The notes under the pieces were generated by a model, which worked only from the letters and a program-made list of their open reading frames with translations, did no database searches and had not been told where the DNA came from. From the NCBI GenBank assembly GCA_965198235.1, contig OZ240248.1, forward strand, positions 3,904,001-3,968,000: a stretch of DNA of 64,000 bases, in the 5' to 3' direction. Positions 47,693-58,044 of this stretch are shown piece by piece (the first letter of the stretch is position 1; each line of letters begins with the position of its first letter). Made by a program: the position numbers and the translations under genes. Origin of the DNA: Candidatus Poribacteria bacterium (GTDB lineage: Bacteria; Poribacteria; WGA-4E; WGA-3G).

Positions 47693-49611
47693 ACGATTGG
47701 TTTCGCTGGCAGTTGTGGCCGGGGTCCGAGAATCTCGTCAATATCTTCGGTAACAAGCGTTTCCCGTTCTAAGAGTGCGTCGGCGAGTAACTTTAAGCCT
47801 TCAAGATTCGTTTCCAAGATTTCTCGTGCCTTATTATAGCACTCTGTTACAATATCATGGACTGCCCTGTCGATTTCAATGGCAGTTTTTTCACTATAAT
47901 CCTGATGAACACTTAATTCTTTACCGAGGAAGACCTGTTCGTTGCGTTTACCGTAGGTGAGAGGTCCCATGTGGCTCATACCCCATTGAGTAACCATTCG
48001 GCGTGCGAGGCTTGTCGCTTGCTCAAAATCGTTTTGTGCGCCGGTAGTTTGTTCGCCAAATATAATTTCTTCAGCAACTCTGCCTCCCAAGGCAAAAATA
48101 ATATGCGCGAGTAGACGTTTTTTGCTCATATTATGCCGCTCTTCGAGAGGGAGTTTCGCTGTTACACCGAGAGCTCTACCGCGTGGAACAATAGTACACT
48201 TGTAGTTTGGATCACTTTCCGGTACGAAGTGTAGCATAAGTGCGTGCCCAGCTTCGTGATAAGCCGTAACTCGTCTTTCCTCAGCACTAATGACGAGGCT
48301 ACGTCGTTCGGGACCCATAAGCACGCGGTCTTTGGCTTCGTCAAAGCACATCATGTCGACATTCTCTTTGTCGCACCTTGCAGCGAGCAGAGCGGCTTCG
48401 TTCTTCATGTTTTCGAGGTCTGCGCCAGAGAAGCCCGGTGTTGCCTTCGCTAAGATTCCCAAATTGACATTCTCAGCGAGTTTATAAGGGTCTTTTGTAT
48501 GGACCGTGAGTATTGCTTCTCTACCGCGAACATCCGGTAAGTCAACAACAATCTGTCGGTCAAATCGACCCGGACGCAGGAGGGCGGGATCTAAAACATC
48601 AGGGCGGTTTGTCGCTGCGATGAGTATCACACCTTCGGATGCATCAAACCCCTGCATTTCAACGAGAAGCTGATTTAAGGTTTGTTCGCGTTCATCGTGT
48701 CCGCCGCCGATACCAGCCCCACGATGTCTGCCGACAGCATCTAACTCATCAATAAAAATGATACAAGGTGCATTCTTCTTCCCAGTTTCAAATAGGTCTC
48801 TGACACGGGACGCGCCTACGCCCACGAACATTTCAACGAAGTCGGAACCGCTAATGCTATAGAAGGGCACGTCTGCCTCACCCGCAACGGCTTGGGCAAG
48901 CATTGTTTTACCGGTGCCGGGCGGTCCCATGAGCAGAACACCTTTTGGTATTCTGCCTCCGAGTCGCTCAAATTTTTTGGGTGCCTTCAGAAATTCGATG
49001 ACTTCCTCAAGTGCTTCTTTCGCCTCATCGACACCCGCGACATCTTCAAATGTCACTTTCGTTTGGTTTTCGGAGTGGAGTTTGGCACGGCTTTTACCAA
49101 AAGATAGGGCTCGATTCCCACTTCCCTGCATCTGACGCGACAGGAAAATCATCAATCCTAAGAAAATAAGTAGCGGTACAACCGTTGTCCCGAAAATAAG
49201 CAAACCTTGCGGGAATTTAGAGGGTGGCTTGACGTTATAGTTAATGCCAAACTCGTCAAGTTTCGCTTGGATGTCATAATCGTCGATCACATCGCGGCTC
49301 GCTCTAAATTCGCCTTGCCAATTTGGCGGGAGATGGGCTTCTTGTTCTTCAATATCCACGCTCTTCAGAATTTCGTTGCGGATTTCATTGAGTAGGTTTT
49401 TATTGAACTGTCCTTCAACCCATTCTTCATCTAAAACAAGGTATCCTTCAAACAGGGATGAACCGCGCATTATGTATTGATGAAAATCAGAGGTCGCGAG
49501 TTGATAAACTGGATCTCTGCGGTTGAATAGTTGGTAAATGCCGAGGACGACGAGTCCGGCAACAACTATCCACCAAATCACCATGCTTCTTGTACTTTTA
49601 TTCACAACCAA
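47689..49611 (-). CDS. ftsH: ATP-dependent zinc metalloprotease FtsH
   Basis: Two TM segments, [27 protein letters not shown]. Confidence 0.97.
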   Translation of the reverse strand: MVVNKSTRSMVIWWIVVAGLVVLGIYQLFNRRDPVYQLATSDFHQYIMRGSSLFEGYLVLDEEWVEGQFNKNLLNEIRNEILKSVDIEEQEAHLPPNWQGEFRASRDVIDDYDIQAKLDEFGINYNVKPPSKFPQGLLIFGTTVVPLLIFLGLMIFLSRQMQGSGNRALSFGKSRAKLHSENQTKVTFEDVAGVDEAKEALEEVIEFLKAPKKFERLGGRIPKGVLLMGPPGTGKTMLAQAVAGEADVPFYSISGSDFVEMFVGVGASRVRDLFETGKKNAPCIIFIDELDAVGRHRGAGIGGGHDEREQTLNQLLVEMQGFDASEGVILIAATNRPDVLDPALLRPGRFDRQIVVDLPDVRGREAILTVHTKDPYKLAENVNLGILAKATPGFSGADLENMKNEAALLAARCDKENVDMMCFDEAKDRVLMGPERRSLVISAEERRVTAYHEAGHALMLHFVPESDPNYKCTIVPRGRALGVTAKLPLEERHNMSKKRLLAHIIFALGGRVAEEIIFGEQTTGAQNDFEQATSLARRMVTQWGMSHMGPLTYGKRNEQVFLGKELSVHQDYSEKTAIEIDRAVHDIVTECYNKAREILETNLEGLKLLADALLERETLVTEDIDEILGPRPQLPAKPIV

Positions 49612-49994
49612 TTGCCTCTCTGTTAAATTCTGAGCACTTACAAAAAATTGATTTCAAAACGTGTTTAGTTTAAAAGTATAACAAATTTTTTTCCAAATTT
49701 CAACTGAATTTAAAAAAATCGTCTATTTCCGAATCACGAATGTATTAATAGCAATTTTAATTGGATAAATAATTGTGATTAAGATATACTAATTCATATA
49801 GTGAAGAAATAAAAAATAGGTGCAACAAAATGTTTAGAACTGTGCTGCGATGTTTACGAAATGCTCCGGCGCGGTAAAAATAAAACAAAGTTCATTGAAT
49901 TAATTGGATTGTGATGCCTAAAATCCTCACATAAAAAGCGACAGGGTGTGCCATGAAATCCAATCCTACAGGCTATCCCGGAAAGGAGGAGTTT

Positions 49995-50708
49995 ATGAAT
50001 CTTAACAAACAGATGCTTGCGACAATTATCCTTCTGCTGGCTACGATGCCCCATGCATTAGGACACGTCACAGGCAGCAATCTTCAAAATTTTCAATATA
50101 ATGCAGAATTCGCACCGGTCGCGCCTATCGTAGATGGCTATCTTGACGATCCGGTTTGGAAAAGAGCCATTCCTGGGAAACTGGAACAAGATTTAATGAG
50201 TGGGGACCGCTGGCACGCATCTCCTGATTTTACGGGAACCTTCGGAGCGGTTTGGCGAAACGGTTTCCTTTATGTAGCTATTAAAATAGTAGATGATCAA
50301 CTGGAAAATCGGCAAACAAAATTGCTTCGTGAGGATCATCTTATCGTTTACGTAGACCCGCATCATTCGGGACGAATGGAAGACCTCTACAGTTTTAAGA
50401 TCCCGGTTGAAAAAGAGATGGGCACCCTAAAATCACCATTGACGCGAGTTGCATGGGGAAACGATGGACAGACCTGTGAGTTAAGTTTCCGTCTTGACAA
50501 CCTCGCGAGAAAGGGCAATAGCATCGGGTTCCTCATCGCCTATAATGATGTCGATAACGGTAACCTCCAACATAAAATCGGTTGGGTTCCAGAAGGTTAC
50601 ACTATGGAGGAAAACGGTTACCTTCCCGATCTCGTTTTCACTGCGAGGATCGAACCAACTCGGCATCAAAAATTAATCCAGTGGGGACGCATCAAAAGTC
50701 TCTATTAG
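49995..50708 (+). CDS. Secreted CBM9/DOMON-like sugar-binding protein with a C-terminal WG.IK tag
   Basis: Signal peptide, PIVDGYLDDPVW, LYVAIKIVDD, YNDVD; ends KLIQWGRIKSLY; AGGAGG RBS. Confidence 0.75.
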   Translation: MNLNKQMLATIILLLATMPHALGHVTGSNLQNFQYNAEFAPVAPIVDGYLDDPVWKRAIPGKLEQDLMSGDRWHASPDFTGTFGAVWRNGFLYVAIKIVDDQLENRQTKLLREDHLIVYVDPHHSGRMEDLYSFKIPVEKEMGTLKSPLTRVAWGNDGQTCELSFRLDNLARKGNSIGFLIAYNDVDNGNLQHKIGWVPEGYTMEENGYLPDLVFTARIEPTRHQKLIQWGRIKSLY

Positions 50709-50713
50709 TTTGC

Positions 50714-50750
50714 AACCGTAGCGGAGGCGTGAAAACCTCGCCCTACGGTT
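50714..50750. repeat. REP-like palindrome (GTAG...CTAC)
   Basis: AACCGTAG...GAGG...AAACCTCGCC-CTACGGTT; shares AAACCTCGCC with the 2591 and 56299 copies. Confidence 0.6.
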
Positions 50751-50752
50751 AA

Positions 50753-50971
50753 ATGAAATACCCCCCATTATATAGCACTGGTGAATTCGTGTATTATATC
50801 GGAAAAACTTTGGAACTGATGGGCATAGTATGCTTAGGAGCAGGACTTTACTTAGGCTGCGTCAATCCGTATGGTTACAGTGAATCCAAAGCAATGGGCG
50901 TTGAGATGGGCTTCCTAACGCTCGGCGTTTTGGTTTTTTTTGTCGGAAGACTCATTGAGAAACGTCAATGA
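50753..50971 (+). CDS. Small two-TM membrane protein
   Basis: Two hydrophobic segments; the start may be the downstream GTG. Confidence 0.65.
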   Translation: MKYPPLYSTGEFVYYIGKTLELMGIVCLGAGLYLGCVNPYGYSESKAMGVEMGFLTLGVLVFFVGRLIEKRQ

Positions 50972-50988
50972 GGATTAATAATTAAAAC

Positions 50989-52068
50989 ATGCAATACATA
51001 CCTGAAAATGCCCAAAATGCTGATAAATCCGTTCCAATCGACCAAATTCTGTGCGGCGACAATCTTGAACTCATCCAGAAGTTACCGGATTGCAGTATTC
51101 ACTTGGTAATTACGTCTCCACCATATTTTCAGCAGCGCGACTATGGCGGCGGTATGGGGAATGAAAAGGATGCTAATGAATATATTGATACACTACTCTG
51201 TCTCTTCCGCGAATGCGTCCGCGTCGTCAGAAATGACGGTAGTATCGTTTTCAATATAGGTGATAAATATGAGGATAGCAACTTACTTCTTGTTCCCTAC
51301 CAGTTTGCGGTTGCTGCGACGAAGACAGGTTTAGTAAAACTCGTGAACGAAATCACGTGGATTAAACGGAATCCAACTCCGCGTCAGTTTCGCCGCCGCC
51401 TTGTCAGTAGCACAGAACCATTCTTCCACTTTGTCAAGTCAGACGGCTATTTCTACGACCTCAACGCCTTCTTGGCGGAGGAACGTATTCCGAAACAATC
51501 AAGTAAAAAAGCCAGCACTAAGGTTGGACAGCGATACTTTGAACTTATTACGGAATCTGAGCTGTCTGAGGCAGAAAAAGTTGCTGCGCGTCGCGAACTT
51601 ACAGAAGTTATCCAAGAGGTGCTCCAAGGACAGACGCATAGTTTTCGGATGAAAATTCGTGGCATTCATTCGGAACCGTTCGGTGGGCAGATAGGTGGAC
51701 GCACACTGCAATTAAAAAATAAAGGGTTCACAATCATTCGGATGCACGGCAATAAACTCAAGCGAGACGTGATTGAAACACCAGTAGCCACAGTTAAAGG
51801 AAATAAACATCCGGCGATCTATCCTGTGGGAGTCGTGGAGGAGTTCTTACACCTTCTCACGCCGACTGGTGCATTAGTTTTAGACCCGTTTATGGGTTCT
51901 GGGTCAACCGCGGTTGCATGCAAAAAACTGGGTAGACGTTATATTGGCTATGATATTAATGCTGAATACTGTGAAGATGCCCGACAGCGTATATCAGAAA
52001 CACCGGATGGCTCGCTACGTCTATTTGAGGGTAAGTTGCAGTGTAGAAAAATATATACAAATCTATAG
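50989..52068 (+). CDS. Site-specific DNA methyltransferase, beta class (N4-C/N6-A)
   Basis: Motif IV TSPPY near the N-terminus, HPAIYP, motif I DPFMGSGST near the C-terminus. Confidence 0.92.
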   Translation: MQYIPENAQNADKSVPIDQILCGDNLELIQKLPDCSIHLVITSPPYFQQRDYGGGMGNEKDANEYIDTLLCLFRECVRVVRNDGSIVFNIGDKYEDSNLLLVPYQFAVAATKTGLVKLVNEITWIKRNPTPRQFRRRLVSSTEPFFHFVKSDGYFYDLNAFLAEERIPKQSSKKASTKVGQRYFELITESELSEAEKVAARRELTEVIQEVLQGQTHSFRMKIRGIHSEPFGGQIGGRTLQLKNKGFTIIRMHGNKLKRDVIETPVATVKGNKHPAIYPVGVVEEFLHLLTPTGALVLDPFMGSGSTAVACKKLGRRYIGYDINAEYCEDARQRISETPDGSLRLFEGKLQCRKIYTNL

Positions 52069-52094
52069 ATTTTTATTCAAATCTTACTTGACAT

Positions 52095-53015
52095 TCACCT
52101 GAAAATGTCGTATTCAGTTAACTCCATAATTGCAATACCTTGTTCGCCTGCAACCGAATAGAGAAGCCACGTTTTTCCATCCTCACAATAGATAGCTGGA
52201 TCGCGAAGTTCATGCACGCGTTCGCGATCTAACCCACCTGTCGACGGTCTAATCGGTAGATCCACACCCTCAAAATCGTATTTTGGCGCGATAACCTCTG
52301 TTGGTTCAGATGGATGCCAATCGTTCCAATCGTCTGTCAACTGCACGGTGCTTTTACGGATGCGCTCTGGACTATCTCCGTAAAGTGAATAATAGACAGT
52401 CAAGGTATCCCCTTCAAGGAGGTTTGCTGTGTGGCGTGGGAAACCTGTGTTGTCCTTAGCCGATTTGCGTGGAAAGAGCGGTGTATCTCGCGGAATGAAT
52501 GCTGCTGTCCATTCCGGTGTTTGTGCACGGCTTATCCAGCCATGATACGTTGCATAGGGGTGTCCATTCCACCAAAAGACGCGAAAATAGGCACCGTTTC
52601 GTTTATCCAATGTATCCGAAGCGGTGTAATTCACTCCATCAGTAGAGGTCGCCCAGCAGGTTGCCTGCCCTCCACCGTAGTTTCCGTGAAAATACATGAA
52701 GAAACGGCGATTTTCCTCATCTATGTGGACATCCGGGGAAGCGATGTGGTCGCAGCCGTGAAACACAGTATTGTCGCGATGCAACGCGCCGGGGCGATAG
52801 ATAGTGTAAGGACCTTCAATTGCATCGGCATAAGCGAATCGGATATAGGCACCGCGATGATGCGCGAAGTAGAGATAGTATTTTCCCAAAGGCCCACCTC
52901 TGGAACAGTCTACCCACTCTGGCACGCGAACGAGTGAAGGCCCATTGATATTCGAGAAACCGTGTTCCCTATCAATCTCAGGCATGTCGGGATGGATTAG
53001 CAGCGTTCGTTCCAT
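52095..53015 (-). CDS. Putative five-bladed beta-propeller glycoside hydrolase-like protein
   Basis: NINGPSL, YYLYFAHH, HIASPDV, LRDPAIY, YSVAGEQGI. Confidence 0.65.
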   Translation of the reverse strand: MERTLLIHPDMPEIDREHGFSNINGPSLVRVPEWVDCSRGGPLGKYYLYFAHHRGAYIRFAYADAIEGPYTIYRPGALHRDNTVFHGCDHIASPDVHIDEENRRFFMYFHGNYGGGQATCWATSTDGVNYTASDTLDKRNGAYFRVFWWNGHPYATYHGWISRAQTPEWTAAFIPRDTPLFPRKSAKDNTGFPRHTANLLEGDTLTVYYSLYGDSPERIRKSTVQLTDDWNDWHPSEPTEVIAPKYDFEGVDLPIRPSTGGLDRERVHELRDPAIYCEDGKTWLLYSVAGEQGIAIMELTEYDIFR

Positions 53016-53036
53016 ATTTCTCCTCTCGATACTTCC

Positions 53037-53855
53037 TTAATCGTGTGTCTGAAACCGATACATCTCTTGTGCTTCTTCAGACATATCGTTCCATATATCC
53101 TCTGAAATCCGTGCCCCGAAGATTCCGGGTGCATCAGGGGAGTGGTGCAACCGTCGGAAATAGACTAAGGCGAGCATGTGGCGGATAGTTTGTGACCGGT
53201 TCGGCATTGCACGGTGCCAGCATCGCATGTCACGGACGACGACTGAGCCGGCAGGCATTTCCAACTGAAAAGAGGGGTGTTGTGCAGCGCGGTCTTCCTC
53301 GCAGACGTTGTATGGAGAGTTGCGCACCGCCGCATCATCAATGATGAGATGTGAACCGGGCCACACCTCTGTTGCCCCGTTTTCCACTGTAAAATCAACG
53401 AGCGGAATGTTAACGACGATCGTTGAAACCGGTAGTGCAAACGACAGTTCAGGGAAAAGTTGACCCGAATCTCGATGAATCCATTGCGTTTCAGAACCCG
53501 GACGGGTCGAGTTACAGCCGTAAGGCAGATACGCGAACACCTTTTCACCCATTGCCGCTTTCAGAATCGGTGTCGCGAACGGGTTATCAATGATGCGCGG
53601 ATCCATGAACGGCATCTTTAGCATTGGATTCTCACCCTTGTGACCGTTCTCCTCATTAGTAAGCACGGTTTCCATATCGACATCGAGTTCTGCTATCCAA
53701 TCGCGCGGGAGAACACTTTCAATGACTACCAAACCTGCCTCGCGTAACAGGCGCACGCCTGCATCGACGCTTTCTGGCGTGAGTTTGTTTTCAGCACGTT
53801 CCTGATCGGAGATTTCCAGTTTGGGAATATTTATTTTTCGTCCTGTGGTTTCCAT
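53037..53855 (-). CDS. PhyH-family Fe(II)/2OG dioxygenase
   Basis: HRD, ENGATEVWPGSH, WHR. Confidence 0.9.
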   Translation of the reverse strand: METTGRKINIPKLEISDQERAENKLTPESVDAGVRLLREAGLVVIESVLPRDWIAELDVDMETVLTNEENGHKGENPMLKMPFMDPRIIDNPFATPILKAAMGEKVFAYLPYGCNSTRPGSETQWIHRDSGQLFPELSFALPVSTIVVNIPLVDFTVENGATEVWPGSHLIIDDAAVRNSPYNVCEEDRAAQHPSFQLEMPAGSVVVRDMRCWHRAMPNRSQTIRHMLALVYFRRLHHSPDAPGIFGARISEDIWNDMSEEAQEMYRFQTHD

Positions 53856-53858
53856 GTG

Positions 53859-54046
53859 CTAATTCTGCCTTTCTGGTTGATTTTGAGGAAGTTTCAGTTC
53901 TGATCGAATCACTTGGCGAACCCCCGTGCAGAGGTCGGCCGCCTGCTCTGCATTTTTAGGAGTCGCTGAATCACCAGGATAACGAGTGTCTACTGCATAT
54001 TGGGAAAGTTCGGACAAGTCGCTTGGATGTCCTGCCGAGTAATCAT
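53859..54046 (-). pseudogene. Collapsed MNT-HEPN toxin-antitoxin pair
   Basis: AGGAGG RBS and ATG 54046 give MITRQDIQATC (MNT-like start), joined out of frame to LSELSQYAVDTRYPG...VRQVIR (HEPN C-terminus). Confidence 0.7.
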
Positions 54047-54071
54047 CTGCTTTGCCTCCTATTTTTTGTAA

Positions 54072-54100
54072 AGTATAACATAAAATGTGAAGTCGGTCAA
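54072..54100 (-). promoter_or_regulatory. Sigma70 promoter of the MNT-HEPN remnant
   Basis: TTGACC-17 nt-TATACT with extended -10 TG. Confidence 0.65.
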
Positions 54101-54246
54101 GATTCATTGCTATAGCAAGGCAACAGCAGATCGAAATTGAGAAAAATTGTTGTTTTCTTCTGCGAATTCGTATAAAATAAAATAAACTTTCAAGCTACAT
54201 CTGATTAGAATGAGTCTCAGTACCACATTTATAGGTAAAGGAGTAT

Positions 54247-55038
54247 GTGATGACACCCGAAGTCGCTTTACAAAAACGGGAGCAAATGATCGAAGAGGGT
54301 TTCTGTGTTGTTGATGATGTTCTGACAGAGGAGTTTCTACAAGAACTCGGAGACGAGTCAGAACGACTTATCGCAGGACACGTGGAACCGGAGGATGTTA
54401 TCTATCAAGGACAGCACGTCAACGTCCGCGGTGAAGATAACGCGCATATCCAAAAACTGCTGGAGTGGCAGCCGTCACAGGAGGCACTCGAACAGATTGG
54501 GTTTGGGGATTTTACGACATCTGGCGGGATTATTATTCTGACAAAGGAATCTGGGGGACCCCCACTCTATTGGCATCAAGATTGGATGCGCTGGAACGAT
54601 CCATTGAGCTGCGCGCCGTGGCCTCAGACGATTTTTCTTAATTATTATCTTACCGATACCGACCGCGAAAATGGCTGTTTAAAGGTCATTCCGGGGACAC
54701 ACCGCAAGCGAATCGATTTACACGACATATTGGTGCCAGCACATGAGCAGGGCGCGCGGTTTGTTGATGAAGAGCATCCTATCATGTTCAGTGATCACCC
54801 GGATCAAGTGGATGTGTGCGCAAAAGCGGGTTCATTGGTAATTGCAGACGCGCGCATTTTACACTCCGCCCACAAAAACTACACTGATGTTCGACGCACG
54901 CTAATTCTCGCATGGCATAGCCGTCCGAACACCGTGCCAGACTATTGGGATAGCGAAATCCCGGAGATCATTGCGAATCGCGACGAAGACGCAAATTATC
55001 CGATGTCTCGTATTCCTGGTGATTTATTACAGTCCTAA
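54247..55038 (+). CDS. PhyH-family dioxygenase
   Basis: WHQD, ENGCLKVIPGTH, LHS. Confidence 0.9.
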   Translation: MMTPEVALQKREQMIEEGFCVVDDVLTEEFLQELGDESERLIAGHVEPEDVIYQGQHVNVRGEDNAHIQKLLEWQPSQEALEQIGFGDFTTSGGIIILTKESGGPPLYWHQDWMRWNDPLSCAPWPQTIFLNYYLTDTDRENGCLKVIPGTHRKRIDLHDILVPAHEQGARFVDEEHPIMFSDHPDQVDVCAKAGSLVIADARILHSAHKNYTDVRRTLILAWHSRPNTVPDYWDSEIPEIIANRDEDANYPMSRIPGDLLQS

Positions 55039-55065
55039 CACAGCGCGGTATCTTTAGAATATGGA

Positions 55066-55830
55066 GTGGAGATGATCCCGATTGACCTTTCCAATAAAGT
55101 AGCAGTAATTACAGGCGGTTCAGGCGCGTTAGGGCGTGTTATGGTAAGGACCTTGGCGGAAGCGGGTGCGGATATTGCAATCTGCTACTACAGGGACCAA
55201 GAAACAGCGCACCTTCTGCAAGATGAAATCACCGGAAAAGGCGTACGGGCAGCCGTAGTACAGGCAGATGTCACAAATCAGGATTCGATAAACGCTATGC
55301 GTGATGCCGTCTCAGAGCGACTCGGTGCGGCAGACATCATCGTCAATAACGCCGTAATTCAGTATACATGGACCTCTGTTTTAGAGCAGCCCGCTGAAGA
55401 CTACGAAAGCCAGTTCCAGTCATGTGTTCTGCACAATGTATACATGGCACAAGCCTTTGTCCCCGCGATGATCGAATCAGGATGGGGACGGGTCGTCAGC
55501 ATTAATACAGAATGTTCAATGCAAAACTTCGTAAGGCAGAGTGCCTACACATCGGGTAAGCGAGGTATGGACGGTGTCTTGCGGGTGCTCGCCAAAGAGG
55601 TTGGTGCGCAGGGTGTCACTGTCAACCAAGTTGCACCGGGATGGACTATCAGCGAAAAGAGTGAAGCAAGCGCGTCCGACGAACATTATTGGAGTAAAGT
55701 CCCAATGCAACGCCGTGGCACTGCCCAAGAGATCGCCAACGTCGTGCTTTTCCTTGCGTCAGATCTCGCGAGTTACATCACGGGTGCGTATATCCCGGTG
55801 TGCGGTGGGAATGTGATGCCCACAATTTGA
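55066..55830 (+). CDS. SDR family oxidoreductase
   Basis: TGGSGALG, NNA, YTSGK, VAPG. Confidence 0.92.
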   Translation: MEMIPIDLSNKVAVITGGSGALGRVMVRTLAEAGADIAICYYRDQETAHLLQDEITGKGVRAAVVQADVTNQDSINAMRDAVSERLGAADIIVNNAVIQYTWTSVLEQPAEDYESQFQSCVLHNVYMAQAFVPAMIESGWGRVVSINTECSMQNFVRQSAYTSGKRGMDGVLRVLAKEVGAQGVTVNQVAPGWTISEKSEASASDEHYWSKVPMQRRGTAQEIANVVLFLASDLASYITGAYIPVCGGNVMPTI

Positions 55831-55855
55831 CGAATCTCTATGTTAAGGATGAACC

Positions 55856-56251
55856 GTGGAATTAAAAGTTTGTGCTCTTGGAATCTTGTTCAGGAATGGA
55901 AAAATTCTGTTGGGCAAAAGGGCTAAACACCGAACTTCCTATCCGAATGTCTGGGACATGATTGGTGGACATTGCGAAAATGCTGAAACACCGAAACAGA
56001 CACTCATCAGGGAACTGCAAGAAGAAATCGGTGTTACACCCATTCAGTTTGAACACATTTCAACCTTATTTGATTCCAATAACGATCACACCTACCATGT
56101 ATTTGTCGTAACAGATTGGAAAGGTGAACCAGCGTGTCTACAACCAGAGGAGCACTCAATGATCGGATGGTTCAGAATCAAGGATGCGTTAAAATTGGAG
56201 CTTGCCTTACCTGTGTATTGCAAATTGTTTACCAGTCTTGAAGACCGCTAA
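55856..56251 (+). CDS. NUDIX hydrolase
   Basis: Nudix box GGHCENAETPKQTLIRELQEEIG. Confidence 0.9.
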   Translation: MELKVCALGILFRNGKILLGKRAKHRTSYPNVWDMIGGHCENAETPKQTLIRELQEEIGVTPIQFEHISTLFDSNNDHTYHVFVVTDWKGEPACLQPEEHSMIGWFRIKDALKLELALPVYCKLFTSLEDR

Positions 56252-56298
56252 TTAATTGCATATTTTAAAACCCACAATTACTTGAACATTGACAGTAA

Positions 56299-56322
56299 GC
56301 GAGGTTAGAAACCTCGCCAGCG
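56299..56322. repeat. REP-like palindrome
   Basis: GCGAGGTT-AGA-AACCTCGC-CAGCG, matching 2593-2617. Confidence 0.7.
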
Positions 56323-56414
56323 GGACCCTTGGGGTGTTTGCTTGGGTGTTTTCCGTTCGCTAAACAACTGTCTGCGTGCTTTCAGGCATTACTATAAAAT
56401 CAGTCGAGGAAAAT

Positions 56415-57251
56415 ATGGAACGACATAAACTCCAGTACGAAGTACTGAACGCCCACAATCCGAATGGGGAAACAGGGCAAAACTGGGACGTGGAAGTGCA
56501 TGCCAGTCCCGAAGAGTTGCAAACATTCGCCGAGACGGGTTGTCTCGCTCGTGAAGGACTCTTTCAAGGCGAGGCACTCCAAAAATTGAGGGATGCCCTT
56601 GATTGCTTGGAAGAACGTGAATGGAAAAAGCGGGACAGTGCGATGGCTGGGAAACGGGGTTGGGGCTTCATTCCACGTCATCTGATGGATAAAGATGAAG
56701 CATTTTTAGAACTCCTAAAATTCCAACCGACTTTATCAATTGCCCGTGCGATGATGGGACCGCTTGTGCGGTTGCGTGGTCTGAGCGCACGCATCACTTA
56801 TCCCGGGGATGATCGGGAGCATCAAACACCGTGGCACCAACATCTACGCGTAGTATCTAATCCGTTGCCCCCGTGGTTTTCACGTCCACACTGCATCGAT
56901 TGCCTTATCTATCTCGATGATTTGAACGAAGATACCGGCGCGGTCGCAGTCGTTCCTGGATCACACAACTGGTTAGACAAGGCAACACCGAATATCTACG
57001 AATCGGTAGATGGTGAAGTCGAGTTACGGGTGAAAGCGGGTGGAGGTGTTCTGATCCACGGCAATCTCTGGCATCGAGGCCTACCAACGCTCAACGCTAA
57101 ACGGAGAATGTTAATCTTAAGTTATACACCGACATGGTTACGAAAATCACCACACGGCGGCGAACAACCCGAAGATGGGTTAACCCACACCTTCCTTGAA
57201 GACGCAGATCTGGAAGAACGGATGCTGTTAGGTGTGGGTGGATATTCCTAA
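56415..57251 (+). CDS. PhyH-family dioxygenase, HxH variant
   Basis: WHQH, YLDD, VPGSH, LWHR. Confidence 0.85.
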   Translation: MERHKLQYEVLNAHNPNGETGQNWDVEVHASPEELQTFAETGCLAREGLFQGEALQKLRDALDCLEEREWKKRDSAMAGKRGWGFIPRHLMDKDEAFLELLKFQPTLSIARAMMGPLVRLRGLSARITYPGDDREHQTPWHQHLRVVSNPLPPWFSRPHCIDCLIYLDDLNEDTGAVAVVPGSHNWLDKATPNIYESVDGEVELRVKAGGGVLIHGNLWHRGLPTLNAKRRMLILSYTPTWLRKSPHGGEQPEDGLTHTFLEDADLEERMLLGVGGYS

Positions 57252-57271
57252 ATCACAGGAGAAGTTTCTGA

Positions 57272-58021
57272 ATGAAATATTGTTTGCCTTTAATCGTTGT
57301 CCTCTCTATTTTCGCAATATACTTACCTTGTTCTGCCCAACACCCGGATGCTGTTGGCATTTGGCTCTTCGATGAAGGAGAAGGTGATGAAGCTGCCGAT
57401 AGATCCGGTCACGAACATACTGCCAGCGTTGCTGGCGGAAAACTGGAATGGGCTGATGGCAAAATTGGTAAGGCTGTCGGTTTTAAACCCGGTACTTATC
57501 TTGAGGTTGAACATACAGACGCGTTGAACTTAGAAACGTTCACAGTTGCCGCGTGGGTTAAATTCTTGAACGATACGGGTGGTGGTGAGCAGAACATCGC
57601 CTATAAACAGGTGGGAGATGATCGAGCCACGCGCAATTATACACTAAAAATGTGGGGTGGTAAAATCTACGGCATTTTTGCCAGTGACGGGAACACAGAT
57701 GCTGTCGAATTGGAAAGTGCCACCGACGTTGTTGACGAAAAATGGCATCACGTCGCACTCACCTACGACAAAAAAGCCTTGCGGTTATATGTTAATGGTA
57801 AAGAGGAAGGTTCCGGTGATTTCGCGAAAAACCCCGAAACAAACGACGCACCACTTCGTATTGGAAACGGTATCGATGGTCTGATTGACGAACTCCAGAT
57901 TTTGAGCGTAGCACTCTCGGCAGATGACATTCGACGCGATATGGATGACGGGATACAACTTCCCGTCAAACCGATAGGCAAAGTTACTACGACATGGAGC
58001 AGGCTAAAAACACAATGGTAG
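57272..58021 (+). CDS. Secreted LamG/concanavalin-like protein with C-terminal TTW tag
   Basis: WLFDEGEG, WHHVALTYD, GLIDE; ends PVKPIGKVTTTWSRLK. Confidence 0.88.
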   Translation: MKYCLPLIVVLSIFAIYLPCSAQHPDAVGIWLFDEGEGDEAADRSGHEHTASVAGGKLEWADGKIGKAVGFKPGTYLEVEHTDALNLETFTVAAWVKFLNDTGGGEQNIAYKQVGDDRATRNYTLKMWGGKIYGIFASDGNTDAVELESATDVVDEKWHHVALTYDKKALRLYVNGKEEGSGDFAKNPETNDAPLRIGNGIDGLIDELQILSVALSADDIRRDMDDGIQLPVKPIGKVTTTWSRLKTQW

Positions 58022-58044
58022 TCGTACATCCTGACCACGGAAAA

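Noticed and set aside
49620-49950. AT-rich stretch as a replication origin
   Set aside because: No cluster of TTATCCACA boxes; it is explained as the divergent promoter region between ftsH and the CBM9-like gene.
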